Below, one piece after another: positions 9,358 to 18,301 of a stretch of DNA of 64,000 nt. This DNA comes from a virus. The stretch is from positions 1 to 64,000 of the IMG/VR virus record IMGVR_UViG_3300031521_000030. The stretch is one strand, 5' to 3'. The notes beneath the pieces are model-generated. The model was given only the letters and a program-made list of their open reading frames with translations, was not told the DNA's origin and did no database searches. The position numbers were made by a program, and so were the translations under genes. Position 1 is the first letter of the stretch. Each line of letters begins with the position of its first letter.

Positions 9358-10707
9358 ATGACAACATCTCCCACGCCGACCATCGCCGTGCGTTCCCGTT
9401 CCCGCGCTCCGGCCACGGCCATCCATATCCCTCCCGTTGAAAAGACGGATATTATTGTCAGTGTCCCATCGGCAAACATCACCCCCGGCCAGCAAGCCAT
9501 ATTGGATGCAGCCTTTGCCAAACCCAAAGCCAAGGGCAAGGCCAAGAAGGGTGAGGCTGCCGAGCCGGTTGATGCAAAGCCGAAAACCGAGTTGGAGGCC
9601 ATCATGGGGGAAATCCGTGATAAGAAGGGGCCGAAAACAGTATTTTTAGGGACTCAATTGCCATTGTTTAATCTTGTCTCAACCGGGGCATTCACTCTCG
9701 ATCTCGCTCTATTGGGCGGGGTTAGTGAGGGCCAATGCGCAATGTTTTACGGTTGGGAGAACAGTGGAAAAACGACTATGCTCCTTCGGGTGGTTGCATC
9801 GTTGCAGCGGAAACACCCCGACAAGGTAGTTGTTTGGGTTGATGCCGAAACAACCCTCGACCGCGATTGGGCGGTTAAGCATGGCGTGGACCTGCAACGC
9901 CTTGTAATCCTCCAACCCGAAAGCGGGGAAGACGCCGTGGACATGATTAAGTCCATGCTCGATACGTGGGAGGTTTGCGGGGTTGTGGTCGATTCCATCC
10001 CCGCCCTTGTCCCCCAAAAGCAAAGCGACCGCTCGGCAGCCGACAATGCGGCCCCGGCGGAACTCGCCCGGCTCGTTGGGTTTATGTGCTCGGACATCCT
10101 CAAGTCATGGGTCAAGGAGCGCAAGCGGGGCCATTGGGTTACCGTTTTGCTGGCCAACCAGTTCCGCAGCAAGATAACGATGTTCGGTGACCCCCGCAGC
10201 ATCCCCGGCGGCAACCAGTTGAAGTATTTGGTGACAACCCGCGTGGAACTCAAAAACAAGGAGGTAGGGGCCAATGAGGCTGCCAAGGGCAAAGACGCCG
10301 ATGCAACCCAAAAGGAGGCTGCCAAGAAGGCCGCCATGGATTGCGTCTCGGTTAATGAGCATACCTTCAAAATTACGAAGGCCAAGTTGACCAGCATCCG
10401 GGCCGGGGAGTTCCAAATGGTGGTTGACCCCGAGCACCCGCTTGGCATGGGCACCTTCCTTGATGCCCCGGTCGTTGTGGCCTTTGCGAAGAAAATGGGC
10501 ATTGTCCAAGGCGGTGGGTCCAGTTGGCGGGTTGAGTGCATCGACGAGTTCGACGGCATGAAATTCGGCAACTTAGCGGCGATTTGCGATGCTCTCTACC
10601 AAGAGCCGGTGGCCTTCCTTGAGTTGAAGCGCCATATCATTGGGCTAACCCGCGAGGCGAAGGGCATGCCCTACCTCCCACCGGACAATCATTTGATCCG
10701 TTGGTAA
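9358..10707 (+). CDS. recA: RecA/UvsX-like recombinase
   Basis: STGAFTLDLAL, Walker A GWENSGKTT, VDAE, VVVDS, NQFR, PGG. Confidence 0.92.
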   Translation: MTTSPTPTIAVRSRSRAPATAIHIPPVEKTDIIVSVPSANITPGQQAILDAAFAKPKAKGKAKKGEAAEPVDAKPKTELEAIMGEIRDKKGPKTVFLGTQLPLFNLVSTGAFTLDLALLGGVSEGQCAMFYGWENSGKTTMLLRVVASLQRKHPDKVVVWVDAETTLDRDWAVKHGVDLQRLVILQPESGEDAVDMIKSMLDTWEVCGVVVDSIPALVPQKQSDRSAADNAAPAELARLVGFMCSDILKSWVKERKRGHWVTVLLANQFRSKITMFGDPRSIPGGNQLKYLVTTRVELKNKEVGANEAAKGKDADATQKEAAKKAAMDCVSVNEHTFKITKAKLTSIRAGEFQMVVDPEHPLGMGTFLDAPVVVAFAKKMGIVQGGGSSWRVECIDEFDGMKFGNLAAICDALYQEPVAFLELKRHIIGLTREAKGMPYLPPDNHLIRW

Positions 10708-10712
10708 CCGCC

Positions 10713-11135
10713 ATGCCCGAGGGCTACGACTTTGTGGCCGAGGGGACCAAAAACCCTCGGCTATGCCAAGTCCGCTACTGCCGCAACACAAGGGCCGGGG
10801 CCAATAAGGTCTGCTCGAAGTGCATGATGCGGCGGTGGCGGGAACGCTACCCGGTCAAAGCGGCCTTTTCCCAACTGAGGAACAGCGCCATGGACCGGAA
10901 GAAACCTTTTGAGCTAACCCTTGAGCAGTTTGTGGATGTGGTTGTGGGGACGGGCTATATGGAGCGCAAGGGGCATGAGGCAAACAGCCTCCATGTTGAC
11001 CGAAAGGACTCTACCAAGGGCTACGTTTATGATAACCTCCAAATCATCACAAATACTCAGAACATTACCAAAGAAAACAAGGAACGCGCAACCCGACGAG
11101 CGGGTAGGCAATTAGCCGACAACGAGCCGTTCTAG
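10713..11135 (+). CDS. Putative HNH-like endonuclease
   Basis: N-terminal Cys cluster, HVDRKDSTKGYVYDNLQII...N. Confidence 0.6.
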   Translation: MPEGYDFVAEGTKNPRLCQVRYCRNTRAGANKVCSKCMMRRWRERYPVKAAFSQLRNSAMDRKKPFELTLEQFVDVVVGTGYMERKGHEANSLHVDRKDSTKGYVYDNLQIITNTQNITKENKERATRRAGRQLADNEPF

Positions 11136-11149
11136 TGCAACATATTGCA
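11136..11149. repeat. 14-bp palindrome, site 3 (one mismatch)
   Basis: TGCAACATATTGCA, gene junction. Confidence 0.8.
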
Positions 11150-11152
11150 GCC

Positions 11153-11518
11153 ATGGGATTACGAGAACGAAAAGCCGACAAGCTCCCGAGCAACGCTCAC
11201 CGCCGGGCACCAAAGCAGGAAAAGGAATGTGCCAAGCGCATCGGGGGGACTATAACCCCAAGGAGCGGGGCCGGGGATGTCAAGGGAGATGTCCGCATAA
11301 AGGGCTACGCCCGCATTGAGTGCAAAACCACCCTCCAAAAGAGTTTCTCAATCACCCGCGAATTGGTGCGGAAAATAGAGGAGGCCGCCCTTGCATCCCA
11401 AGGAGAATTGCCCGCCTTTTGCATTGAGTTCCTCAACCCGGATGGTGAACGGGATTGTGAAATAGCCGTGGTCCCTGTCTTCGTTTTGGAGATGCTCGGC
11501 CTACAAAGAACCAGATGA
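11153..11518 (+). CDS. PD-(D/E)XK nuclease (Holliday junction resolvase-like)
   Basis: SGAG..KGDV....RIECK. Confidence 0.7.
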   Translation: MGLRERKADKLPSNAHRRAPKQEKECAKRIGGTITPRSGAGDVKGDVRIKGYARIECKTTLQKSFSITRELVRKIEEAALASQGELPAFCIEFLNPDGERDCEIAVVPVFVLEMLGLQRTR

Positions 11519-12036
11519 AACCACTTCCTATACCCGGCCATGATGGCTACTTCGCTTTTGAGGATGGACGCATAATGGGCCGTAAAGACCACCTCCTTTC
11601 GCCCCACACCAACCGGGCAACCGGCTACCAATCAGTAGGGCTTTACTTCAATGGGCAGAAGGTCTGCCGAAGGGTCAACGTGTTGGTCTGCCTTGCATTC
11701 CATGGCACCAAGCCAACCCCTCTGCACGATGCTGCCCACAACGATGGTAATAAGTTAAACAACCGAGCCGATAACCTTCGGTGGGCCACCAAGCGCGAGA
11801 ACCAAGCTGATCGGGTGGTGCATGGGACAACTTGCCGGGGTTCCCGTAATGGGTTCTCCAAGCTCACCGAACGGGCCGTTGCTACTATACGGGAAGCCTA
11901 TCGGGCAGCTTTGCATGGGCGTGCTCGGGTAGCCCCCGGATTTCGCCAAAGGTTAGCTACCCAACTTGGGGTGAATCCTAGCTGCATCTCAAAGGTAGTG
12001 GCGGGGGAATCATGGGGGGTCCGAAATGCTACTTAG
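11515..12036 (+). CDS. HNH homing endonuclease
   Basis: LVCLAFHG, AAHNDGNKLNNRADNLRWAT, C-terminal HTH. Confidence 0.88.
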   Translation: MKPLPIPGHDGYFAFEDGRIMGRKDHLLSPHTNRATGYQSVGLYFNGQKVCRRVNVLVCLAFHGTKPTPLHDAAHNDGNKLNNRADNLRWATKRENQADRVVHGTTCRGSRNGFSKLTERAVATIREAYRAALHGRARVAPGFRQRLATQLGVNPSCISKVVAGESWGVRNAT

Positions 12037-12907
12037 GGGCCTACTCCAACACGCGCACCGGCAAACCGTTACCGCCGGGGTTGCGGCCATCCCGGAAATG
12101 ACCTCCGGGTTTCTAACCAGCATCCTCCACGCGCAAGATGCGGAGATTGATGCAACCCGCATCGGAAGTGATTACATCCATGTTTCCTCCCTGCTTGAGT
12201 TTTGCCCCCGGCGGCACGTTGTAGCCGTCCGCGATGAGATCAATATCTATGAAAGCACCCGGAGTTGTGACCGGGTTCTGTGGGCCATTGGCAAGGGCAT
12301 TGAGGCCCATGTCCGCAAGCAGTTGCTCGCCCGGTTCCAAAACATCGGGTGCGTTGGGGAATGGAGTTGCCCTTGCAAGCGCGTCAAATATGAGGGGATG
12401 TTCAACCCCAACGCCATCTGCGTCCGTTGCGGCCATGTAGCAACCCACTACGATGAGTTCACACTCATAGACCATGAGGCCAAGGTTGCGGGGCACCCGG
12501 ACTTCATATTTATGGCTTCGGGCCGGTTGCATGTCTTGGAAATCAAGTCCATGAACAAGAAGGACTTTGACTTGCTAACCAAGGCGGTGCCTAACCATAT
12601 TTTCCAAGCAAGCTCTTACCGCAAGATGCTGGCAGCGCGGGGGACCGTGCCGGTTGACCCCCACGTAATCATCCTTTACGTTTGCAAGGACTACTCATTC
12701 AAGGGGTCGCCCTACCATGAATTTTCCATTGATGCAACCTCCCCGGAGGTTACGAACTCGCTTGACCTTGCGTGGCAGAATGCCAGAATTGCGAAACAGG
12801 CGCTTGAGGGAAGCCAACTCCCAACCAAACATCCGTCCTGCCTAACACCGTCCTCCCCTATGGCAAGGGGATGTGCGGCTTGCGTGAATTGTTTTTCCAG
12901 AGCGTAG
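12026..12907 (+). CDS. Cas4-like / PD-(D/E)XK exonuclease
   Basis: FCPR, GHPD, LEIKS, Q..SY, C-terminal Cys cluster. Confidence 0.75.
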   Translation: MLLRGLLQHAHRQTVTAGVAAIPEMTSGFLTSILHAQDAEIDATRIGSDYIHVSSLLEFCPRRHVVAVRDEINIYESTRSCDRVLWAIGKGIEAHVRKQLLARFQNIGCVGEWSCPCKRVKYEGMFNPNAICVRCGHVATHYDEFTLIDHEAKVAGHPDFIFMASGRLHVLEIKSMNKKDFDLLTKAVPNHIFQASSYRKMLAARGTVPVDPHVIILYVCKDYSFKGSPYHEFSIDATSPEVTNSLDLAWQNARIAKQALEGSQLPTKHPSCLTPSSPMARGCAACVNCFSRA

Positions 12908-12911
12908 CATT

Positions 12912-13499
12912 ATGAACATCGGCTTAGACCTCTCCCTTACGGAGACGGGGTGGTATTTTATCGCCCCCGGAATTGAAGAGGGGGGAGTCCTCAAACCCGG
13001 AAAACTCATGGGGGTTGAACGCCTTGCCAATTTGCGGGGCCAACTGTCGGGCCTGATAGCCCGCTGCAACAAGTTGCACCCCATTGAGCGCGTTGTCATA
13101 GAGGGCTACGCTTTCGGGGCCAAGAACAAGCGCGAGGCGATTGGGGAATGGGGTGGGGTTGCCCGCCTATGCCTCGCCGACCATAACCTTTCGGCCTATA
13201 CCGTCCAGCCAACCAGCCTCAAGCAATTCGTCACCGGCAAGGGCAACTCCCAAAAGGATGAGGTAATGCTCCAGATTTACAAGCGGTGGGGCCGGGAGTT
13301 CCGAAACAACAATATCGCCGATGCTTTCGCCTTGGCCGCCGTGGGAGTAGCCATGGGGACAAAGGGCGAATATCATGCTATCTTCCAGCAAGACCCAACG
13401 GCAATCCAAGCGACAGCCGTTGGAAAAGTTGAGCAAATCCTTAAAACAACCCCGAGAACATCGGGGATTGTCCGAGTTAGAACCCGTAATAATCCATGA
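12912..13499 (+). CDS. ruvC: RuvC-like Holliday junction resolvase
   Basis: IGLDLSLTETG, VIEGYAF, KQFVTGKGN, ADAFALA. Confidence 0.85.
   Translation: MNIGLDLSLTETGWYFIAPGIEEGGVLKPGKLMGVERLANLRGQLSGLIARCNKLHPIERVVIEGYAFGAKNKREAIGEWGGVARLCLADHNLSAYTVQPTSLKQFVTGKGNSQKDEVMLQIYKRWGREFRNNNIADAFALAAVGVAMGTKGEYHAIFQQDPTAIQATAVGKVEQILKTTPRTSGIVRVRTRNNP
13065..13078. repeat. 14-bp palindrome, site 4
   Basis: In RuvC CDS. Confidence 0.9.
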
Positions 13500-13525
13500 G
13501 ACAAAACGATTCTAGTGAATTGCTC

Positions 13526-13555
13526 TTGCCAATTATGCGGTTAAACGCCTAAAAC
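13526..13555 (+). promoter_or_regulatory. Conserved phage promoter (weak -10)
   Basis: TTGCCAATTATGCGGTTAA. Confidence 0.7.
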
Positions 13556-13561
13556 ATGTCA

Positions 13562-14851
13562 ATGCAAGCCAACGCGGCAAGCAACGCAAACCAAACAAAA
13601 CCAAATACGACAATGAGCACAAACGCATACCAGATCGGTGACCTAGCAACCTTCAAAGCATACGATGCTGAATCCCTCGGCGACAACGAACCCATCTTCC
13701 AACCCGGCCAGCGCCTCAAGTTGATTGCCGCCGGTAAAGAGGACGGCAGTTTCATTGCATGCCTAGAAACCGACGAGAAGGTGCAGGATACTTGCTTCCT
13801 CGACGAACTCGACCTCAAGCCGGTTGCCGAAGTCCCGGTTGCAACGCCAGCCGCAGCCCCGGTAGCCAAGGTTAAGAAGACCGCAGCCAAGAAGGCAGCG
13901 CCAGCCGCAGCAGCCCCCGCAGCGGTAGTTGCCGCCCCGGTCGTAGCCGCACCTGTTGTTGCAGCCCCGGTTGAAACCGCCCCCGTTGCGGTCCCGGCCA
14001 AACCCGTTCGGGCACCCAAAGCGGCCAAGACGGCGCCAGCCGCAGCAGCCCCCGCAGCGGCCCCGGCTGCAACGACTGAAACCCCTGCGGTTATTTCCGG
14101 TGACACGGAAGCGGTTCGCGCAGCATTGGCAACCAGCCATGACGCCCTCGAAGCGGCCCGCGTGTTGGTCACCCGCGCAGACGAAACCTACTTTACCCTC
14201 GGCGGGGTGTTGAACCGTATTGCCGAGCATAAGGACTACCTCACCATCACGGATGCGGGCAACGTGCCTCGCTACCAAGGGGCCACCGCCTTTGAGGATT
14301 ATGTTGAGAAGGACCTCGGGGTTAAGGCCCGCAAGGCCCGCTACCTCATTGCAATTTACAAGCATTTCTCCGTCCTCGGCTTGGACGAGAAACGCCTCAC
14401 AACCATTGGCTGGGCAAAGGCCAAGGAAATCGCCCGCGCAGGTGGCACCATCAAGGACTCCGAGTTGCTGCTCGACTTTGCAACCGGCCACAACATCGAC
14501 GACCTCAAGGCCAAGATTGAGGAAACCAGTGTTTCAGCGGGCGGGGATGGCACCGGCACAAGCGGGGCAAAAGCCAAAAAGGTGGCTTTCAAGTTCGTGT
14601 TTTTCCAAGACAAGGCCGACACCCTCCAAGCCGCCCTCGACACCGCAAAACAGGCCATTGATAGCGAAGACCCCAATGCGGCCCTCGACTATATTATGAC
14701 GGAATGGATGTCCGCACAGGCCGGGGTTGATATGCCCCTTGAGCAGATGCTCGCCTACGTCAACACCAAATACGGCGTGACGGTTGGCGAAGTGGAGGCC
14801 GACGATGTTCAGGCCGTTGAGGTTGCTGAAACCGCTACCGCCACGGCGTAA
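13562..14851 (+). CDS. Putative multi-domain DNA-binding protein with Ala/Pro/Lys-rich linker (start may be 13613)
   Basis: Own promoter; histone-H1-like linker; helical core FEDYVEKDLGVKARKARYLI; strand-helix-helix C-terminus. Confidence 0.65.
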   Translation: MQANAASNANQTKPNTTMSTNAYQIGDLATFKAYDAESLGDNEPIFQPGQRLKLIAAGKEDGSFIACLETDEKVQDTCFLDELDLKPVAEVPVATPAAAPVAKVKKTAAKKAAPAAAAPAAVVAAPVVAAPVVAAPVETAPVAVPAKPVRAPKAAKTAPAAAAPAAAPAATTETPAVISGDTEAVRAALATSHDALEAARVLVTRADETYFTLGGVLNRIAEHKDYLTITDAGNVPRYQGATAFEDYVEKDLGVKARKARYLIAIYKHFSVLGLDEKRLTTIGWAKAKEIARAGGTIKDSELLLDFATGHNIDDLKAKIEETSVSAGGDGTGTSGAKAKKVAFKFVFFQDKADTLQAALDTAKQAIDSEDPNAALDYIMTEWMSAQAGVDMPLEQMLAYVNTKYGVTVGEVEADDVQAVEVAETATATA

Positions 14852-14939
14852 TAATTTCGGGGGGTGGTTGGGTGAAACAGCCGGTATAAATTCCGGGCAC
14901 GCCAACCACCTTCCGACCAACAAAAGCCAACAAACACAA

Positions 14940-15392
14940 ATGAGCGAAACGAACACAGCGGACAAACTCGTAGGAAAGTTTTGCATCTTCTTTGAGCAGG
15001 GATGCCCACGAAACTCCCTCTATTATGAGGAAGCGGCCTATGAAGTGACGGAAGTTGTAGGCACCAAGAAGTTATCCATTCGCCCGGTTGCCTTGCCCCT
15101 CGGCCATGAGGTGAAGGTGCGGACGAGTGCAATCAATGGGGACCACATTGCGGCATGGTTCTCAACCAAGGCAAACGCGGTTCAGGCCCTCCATTTGGTC
15201 CGGGCGTTAAAGCGGCAGGTCAACAACCTCGTAGCCAATGCGGCCTCCGAGATTTCTGCCCTCTTTTACGTGCAGCCGGGCAGCCCATTGCCACCCGTTG
15301 ACCTCGCCGGGGAAGTCCCCGTTGCGGCCCTTAACGGTATTGAAGTCGCGGCCCCAACGGTCGCCAGAACTCGCACAAGAGCGGTTCATTAA
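14940..15392 (+). CDS. Hypothetical protein with C-terminal RTRTR tag
   Basis: ORF after an A/C-rich leader. Confidence 0.7.
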   Translation: MSETNTADKLVGKFCIFFEQGCPRNSLYYEEAAYEVTEVVGTKKLSIRPVALPLGHEVKVRTSAINGDHIAAWFSTKANAVQALHLVRALKRQVNNLVANAASEISALFYVQPGSPLPPVDLAGEVPVAALNGIEVAAPTVARTRTRAVH

Positions 15393-15839
15393 AGTTTGGT
15401 TTGCTTGCGTTGCAAGCGGGGGCGGGCCAGTCCCTTGCATGATTTGGCCCGCCTTGACCGACACCCACCCCATGCAAGAACTAGGAGACTCCTATATGCC
15501 AAACGACCAGTATTGCATGCCCACAAGAAGGGTTTGGAGGGAAACAACCCCCGGCGTAACCTTTATGATCTACCTCTTTTTGGGGATGGTCCTTTGCCTT
15601 ACCGGCATCTTTGCAGTTTTTGGGATTATGGCATTCATCCTCGCCATCCCGGCGGCCTTGGTGGAATGGCTTGTTAAACGATTTGACCGAAGCGGCCTAT
15701 GCCCTTATTGTTCCTTCCCGATGGCTGTCCCGGAGGACGAACCCGGTAATGATTGCCCCCGATGCAAGCATAGGGTCCTTCTAATTGGCACACTCCTCAC
15801 TCGCAGTTAGCACAAATAAATTTCTCAGGAAAAGGGGAT

Positions 15840-15877
15840 AAGCGGTTGGGTTGCTGTCATGGCCCAGCCGCTTTTTT
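15840..15877 (+). terminator. Rho-independent terminator
   Basis: AGCGGTTGGGTT / GGCCCAGCCGCT stem followed by a T run. Confidence 0.75.
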
Positions 15878-15889
15878 GTCTCGTTTTTA

Positions 15890-15918
15890 TTGCCAATGAC
15901 AAGGTTAAAGGCTAACCT
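15890..15918 (+). promoter_or_regulatory. Conserved phage promoter
   Basis: TTGCCA-17-TAACCT. Confidence 0.8.
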
Positions 15919-15928
15919 CCGAAGTCGC

Positions 15929-15942
15929 TGCAACAAGTTGCA
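15929..15942. repeat. 14-bp palindrome, site 5
   Basis: Just downstream of a promoter. Confidence 0.9.
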
Positions 15943-15948
15943 GAACCT

Positions 15949-16236
15949 ATGCAAAGACAATTCGCCGAACCAGCCATAGTCAAAGGGGTGCCGATGCCAC
16001 CCCCCAAGTTGCCCCGCAAACCAACCCGGCGGCCAAACCCCCCAAGCCCATGGGTTGCCTTCCTCGGCAAGTTGGGGCCGGGTGATTGCTTCGTGGTTGG
16101 CTACCCCGGTGCGAATGCGGTTAGGGCGGTGGCCCGCAAACTTGGCATCAAGCTGGTTTGGCAAAGGGAGCCAAGGAAGGTGCAGCCCAATGGGTTCCGT
16201 GGCCGCCCATACGAAAGAATGTGGAGGGCAGAATGA
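15949..16236 (+). CDS. Small basic protein, possible DNA-binding regulator
   Basis: LGPGDCFVV...RMWRAE pattern; palindrome between its promoter and ATG. Confidence 0.55.
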   Translation: MQRQFAEPAIVKGVPMPPPKLPRKPTRRPNPPSPWVAFLGKLGPGDCFVVGYPGANAVRAVARKLGIKLVWQREPRKVQPNGFRGRPYERMWRAE

Positions 16237-17015
16237 AGGGCAACATTGACAACCTTTATGCCTTGTTTGGCCGGGCAACGGATGCCGAGCGGAAGGAGTT
16301 TGGCCAAGCGTTCTATCGGTATCACGGTATCATGCGCGACCTCGCACAAGAGAATGGGGTGACCTTGCCCATTGCCGCAGCCGTCTTTTCCTCCCTATCC
16401 CCGAACAATGATTACATAGGAAACATCCGGGACGCCCGCAAGATGCTCGAAGCGTCAAGCATGGGCCTCGGCATAGATGACTTCACGGTTTCGACCTATG
16501 GGCACAACAAGCGCAAAGCATGGGCCATCGTCAAAGGGGCCGACCCGCTGGATGAAATCATTGCCCTCAAGACCCGCAACTTTTACCTCAACATCTCCTT
16601 CCCAGACAACCCCGAGCCGGTGACCGTTGACGGCCACATGTATTGGGCGTGGCATGGGCAGCGCGGGCGCGTAACCGGCCACAAAGGCAAGGGGGACGCC
16701 GTAACCGATAGGACGAGGGCGGCCAGCATGAACCCCCGCCTTTACCATGAGATTGAATTGGCCGTGCGCTCTATTGCCATCAACCATGGGCTCAAAGGCC
16801 ACCAAGCCCAATCCATCATCTGGCATGCCTACCGGCAACGCTACAATGTCCTTGGGACCCGCCAACTTGACCTCCTCCCCCGCGATTTAATGGCTGCCAA
16901 TGGGTCCACTGTGCAGAAGAAACCGGCGGCCCCCACTAAGGTAATTGTGCCCATGGGCTGCGCAGATAGCGGGAAAAGGACCCAAAGTGTGCAAAGGGAG
17001 TTGACCTTGATATAG
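16233..17015 (+). CDS. Phage protein with HhH DNA-glycosylase-like fold (DUF7178-like)
   Basis: SSLSPNN, KTRNFYLNI, VTVDGH, QAQSIIW; family recalled, not searched. Confidence 0.5.
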   Translation: MKGNIDNLYALFGRATDAERKEFGQAFYRYHGIMRDLAQENGVTLPIAAAVFSSLSPNNDYIGNIRDARKMLEASSMGLGIDDFTVSTYGHNKRKAWAIVKGADPLDEIIALKTRNFYLNISFPDNPEPVTVDGHMYWAWHGQRGRVTGHKGKGDAVTDRTRAASMNPRLYHEIELAVRSIAINHGLKGHQAQSIIWHAYRQRYNVLGTRQLDLLPRDLMAANGSTVQKKPAAPTKVIVPMGCADSGKRTQSVQRELTLI

Positions 17016-17035
17016 CCCCATGATAAACAGGCAGG

Positions 17036-18007
17036 GTGAATACGCCCGTCCGAACACGAACTCGCATCGCGCCAACCACGCCACCCCCCGCACCGGCACC
17101 TCATGCCCTCGCGGTCATTGATGGCAAAGTGAGCGTCTATTGCGCCCACACCTCCCTCCAACCTATTGAGGGGGTCATACCCAACCCGCGCAACCCAAAC
17201 GGGCACCCGGACAAGCAGATTGAATTGCTGGCCAAGATCATTCTCGCGCAGGGTTGGCGTAACCCGGTTGTCGTATCCAACCGCAGCGGATTTGTCATCA
17301 AGGGTCATGGCCGGTTAGCGGCGGCCCGGAAGTTGGGCCTAACCCAAGTCCCCGTCGATTTCCAAGACTATATCAACGAGGCGAGCGAATGGGCGGACAT
17401 GGTTGCGGACAACCGCATCGCTGAACTTAGTTCCATGGATGAGGGGGACCTCTCCGGGTTGTTCAGTGAAATCCACGATAATTTTCCAGCCTTCGACATG
17501 GAGTTGACCGGCTTTACGGAGGAGGAGTTGCCTACCTTCAACCCGGTTGACCCGGCACCCTCCGGGGGGAGCACCCCAACCGATGCAGAAACCACCGTCG
17601 CCCTCACAACCCTTGCCTCCCGCTTTGGTGTGCCACCTTTCTCGGTGCTGGACGCCCGGCAGGGCTATTGGCAAGACCGGAAGCGCACATGGTTGTCCAT
17701 TGGCATCAGGTCGGAACTCGGACGGGGGGAGGCCCTCCTTTCCGGTGGTTCTGATGGGTTCCATTTGGGTGGTAACTATGCGGGCGGTGCGGCCCCGGCG
17801 GGTGCATCGAAAACGGGGGCCTTGCTATTCGGCGGCGGGGCACAAGCGGGCCTCAACAAGTTGATGAAGGACAAGAGCCGTGGGCGCAAGGCCAACGCAA
17901 CGGTATGCGGGAGCCCGCTACCAGCAACGAATTACAAGAAGTCCCGCGCACGCGGAACGGGCACCGGCAAGGCAATCCCCGGCACGGCGGCCAAGTCAGC
18001 CGCCTAA
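17036..18007 (+). CDS. ParB/Srx-like N-terminal domain protein
   Basis: PNPRNPNGH, GWRNPVVV, GHGRLAAA, ADNRIAEL. Confidence 0.85.
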   Translation: MNTPVRTRTRIAPTTPPPAPAPHALAVIDGKVSVYCAHTSLQPIEGVIPNPRNPNGHPDKQIELLAKIILAQGWRNPVVVSNRSGFVIKGHGRLAAARKLGLTQVPVDFQDYINEASEWADMVADNRIAELSSMDEGDLSGLFSEIHDNFPAFDMELTGFTEEELPTFNPVDPAPSGGSTPTDAETTVALTTLASRFGVPPFSVLDARQGYWQDRKRTWLSIGIRSELGRGEALLSGGSDGFHLGGNYAGGAAPAGASKTGALLFGGGAQAGLNKLMKDKSRGRKANATVCGSPLPATNYKKSRARGTGTGKAIPGTAAKSAA

Positions 18008-18255
18008 CCTTTGAAGTATGATGCGTAACGCTCCTTCAAAGCCGCAACCCCAGCCGCAACCAAAGCGTCCGGGTCCTTGTGCATTTGGAGGTAGAGGGCC
18101 GGGTTGCTCTTGGCAGCCCACCCTTGGCGGATTGCTTTCTCATGCTCTCCGAGTTTGGGCCAACTGGCGGCCAACCGGAGCGCGGAGTGCCAATCGCCCG
18201 TATTCATCATTTCGGCAAGTATTTCAACCTTTTTTTGTGGCTCGGTGCGTGGCAT
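18004..18255 (-). CDS. Small hypothetical protein, the only credible minus-strand gene
   Basis: MPRTEPQKK...; starts 6 nt after the -10 box of an inverted copy of the conserved promoter. Confidence 0.75.
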   Translation of the reverse strand: MPRTEPQKKVEILAEMMNTGDWHSALRLAASWPKLGEHEKAIRQGWAAKSNPALYLQMHKDPDALVAAGVAALKERYASYFKG

Positions 18256-18261
18256 ATCGGA

Positions 18262-18290
18262 GTCATAGCGTTTAACCAAATCATTGGCAA
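18262..18290 (-). promoter_or_regulatory. Conserved phage promoter, inverted copy
   Basis: TTGCCA-17-TATGAC-6-ATG on the minus strand. Confidence 0.75.
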
Positions 18291-18301
18291 CAGGAATTTT
18301 T

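Noticed and set aside
12026-12907. Cas4-like gene as evidence of a CRISPR-Cas system
   Set aside because: Solo Cas4-like nucleases are common in phage replication modules; no other cas gene or array was seen.
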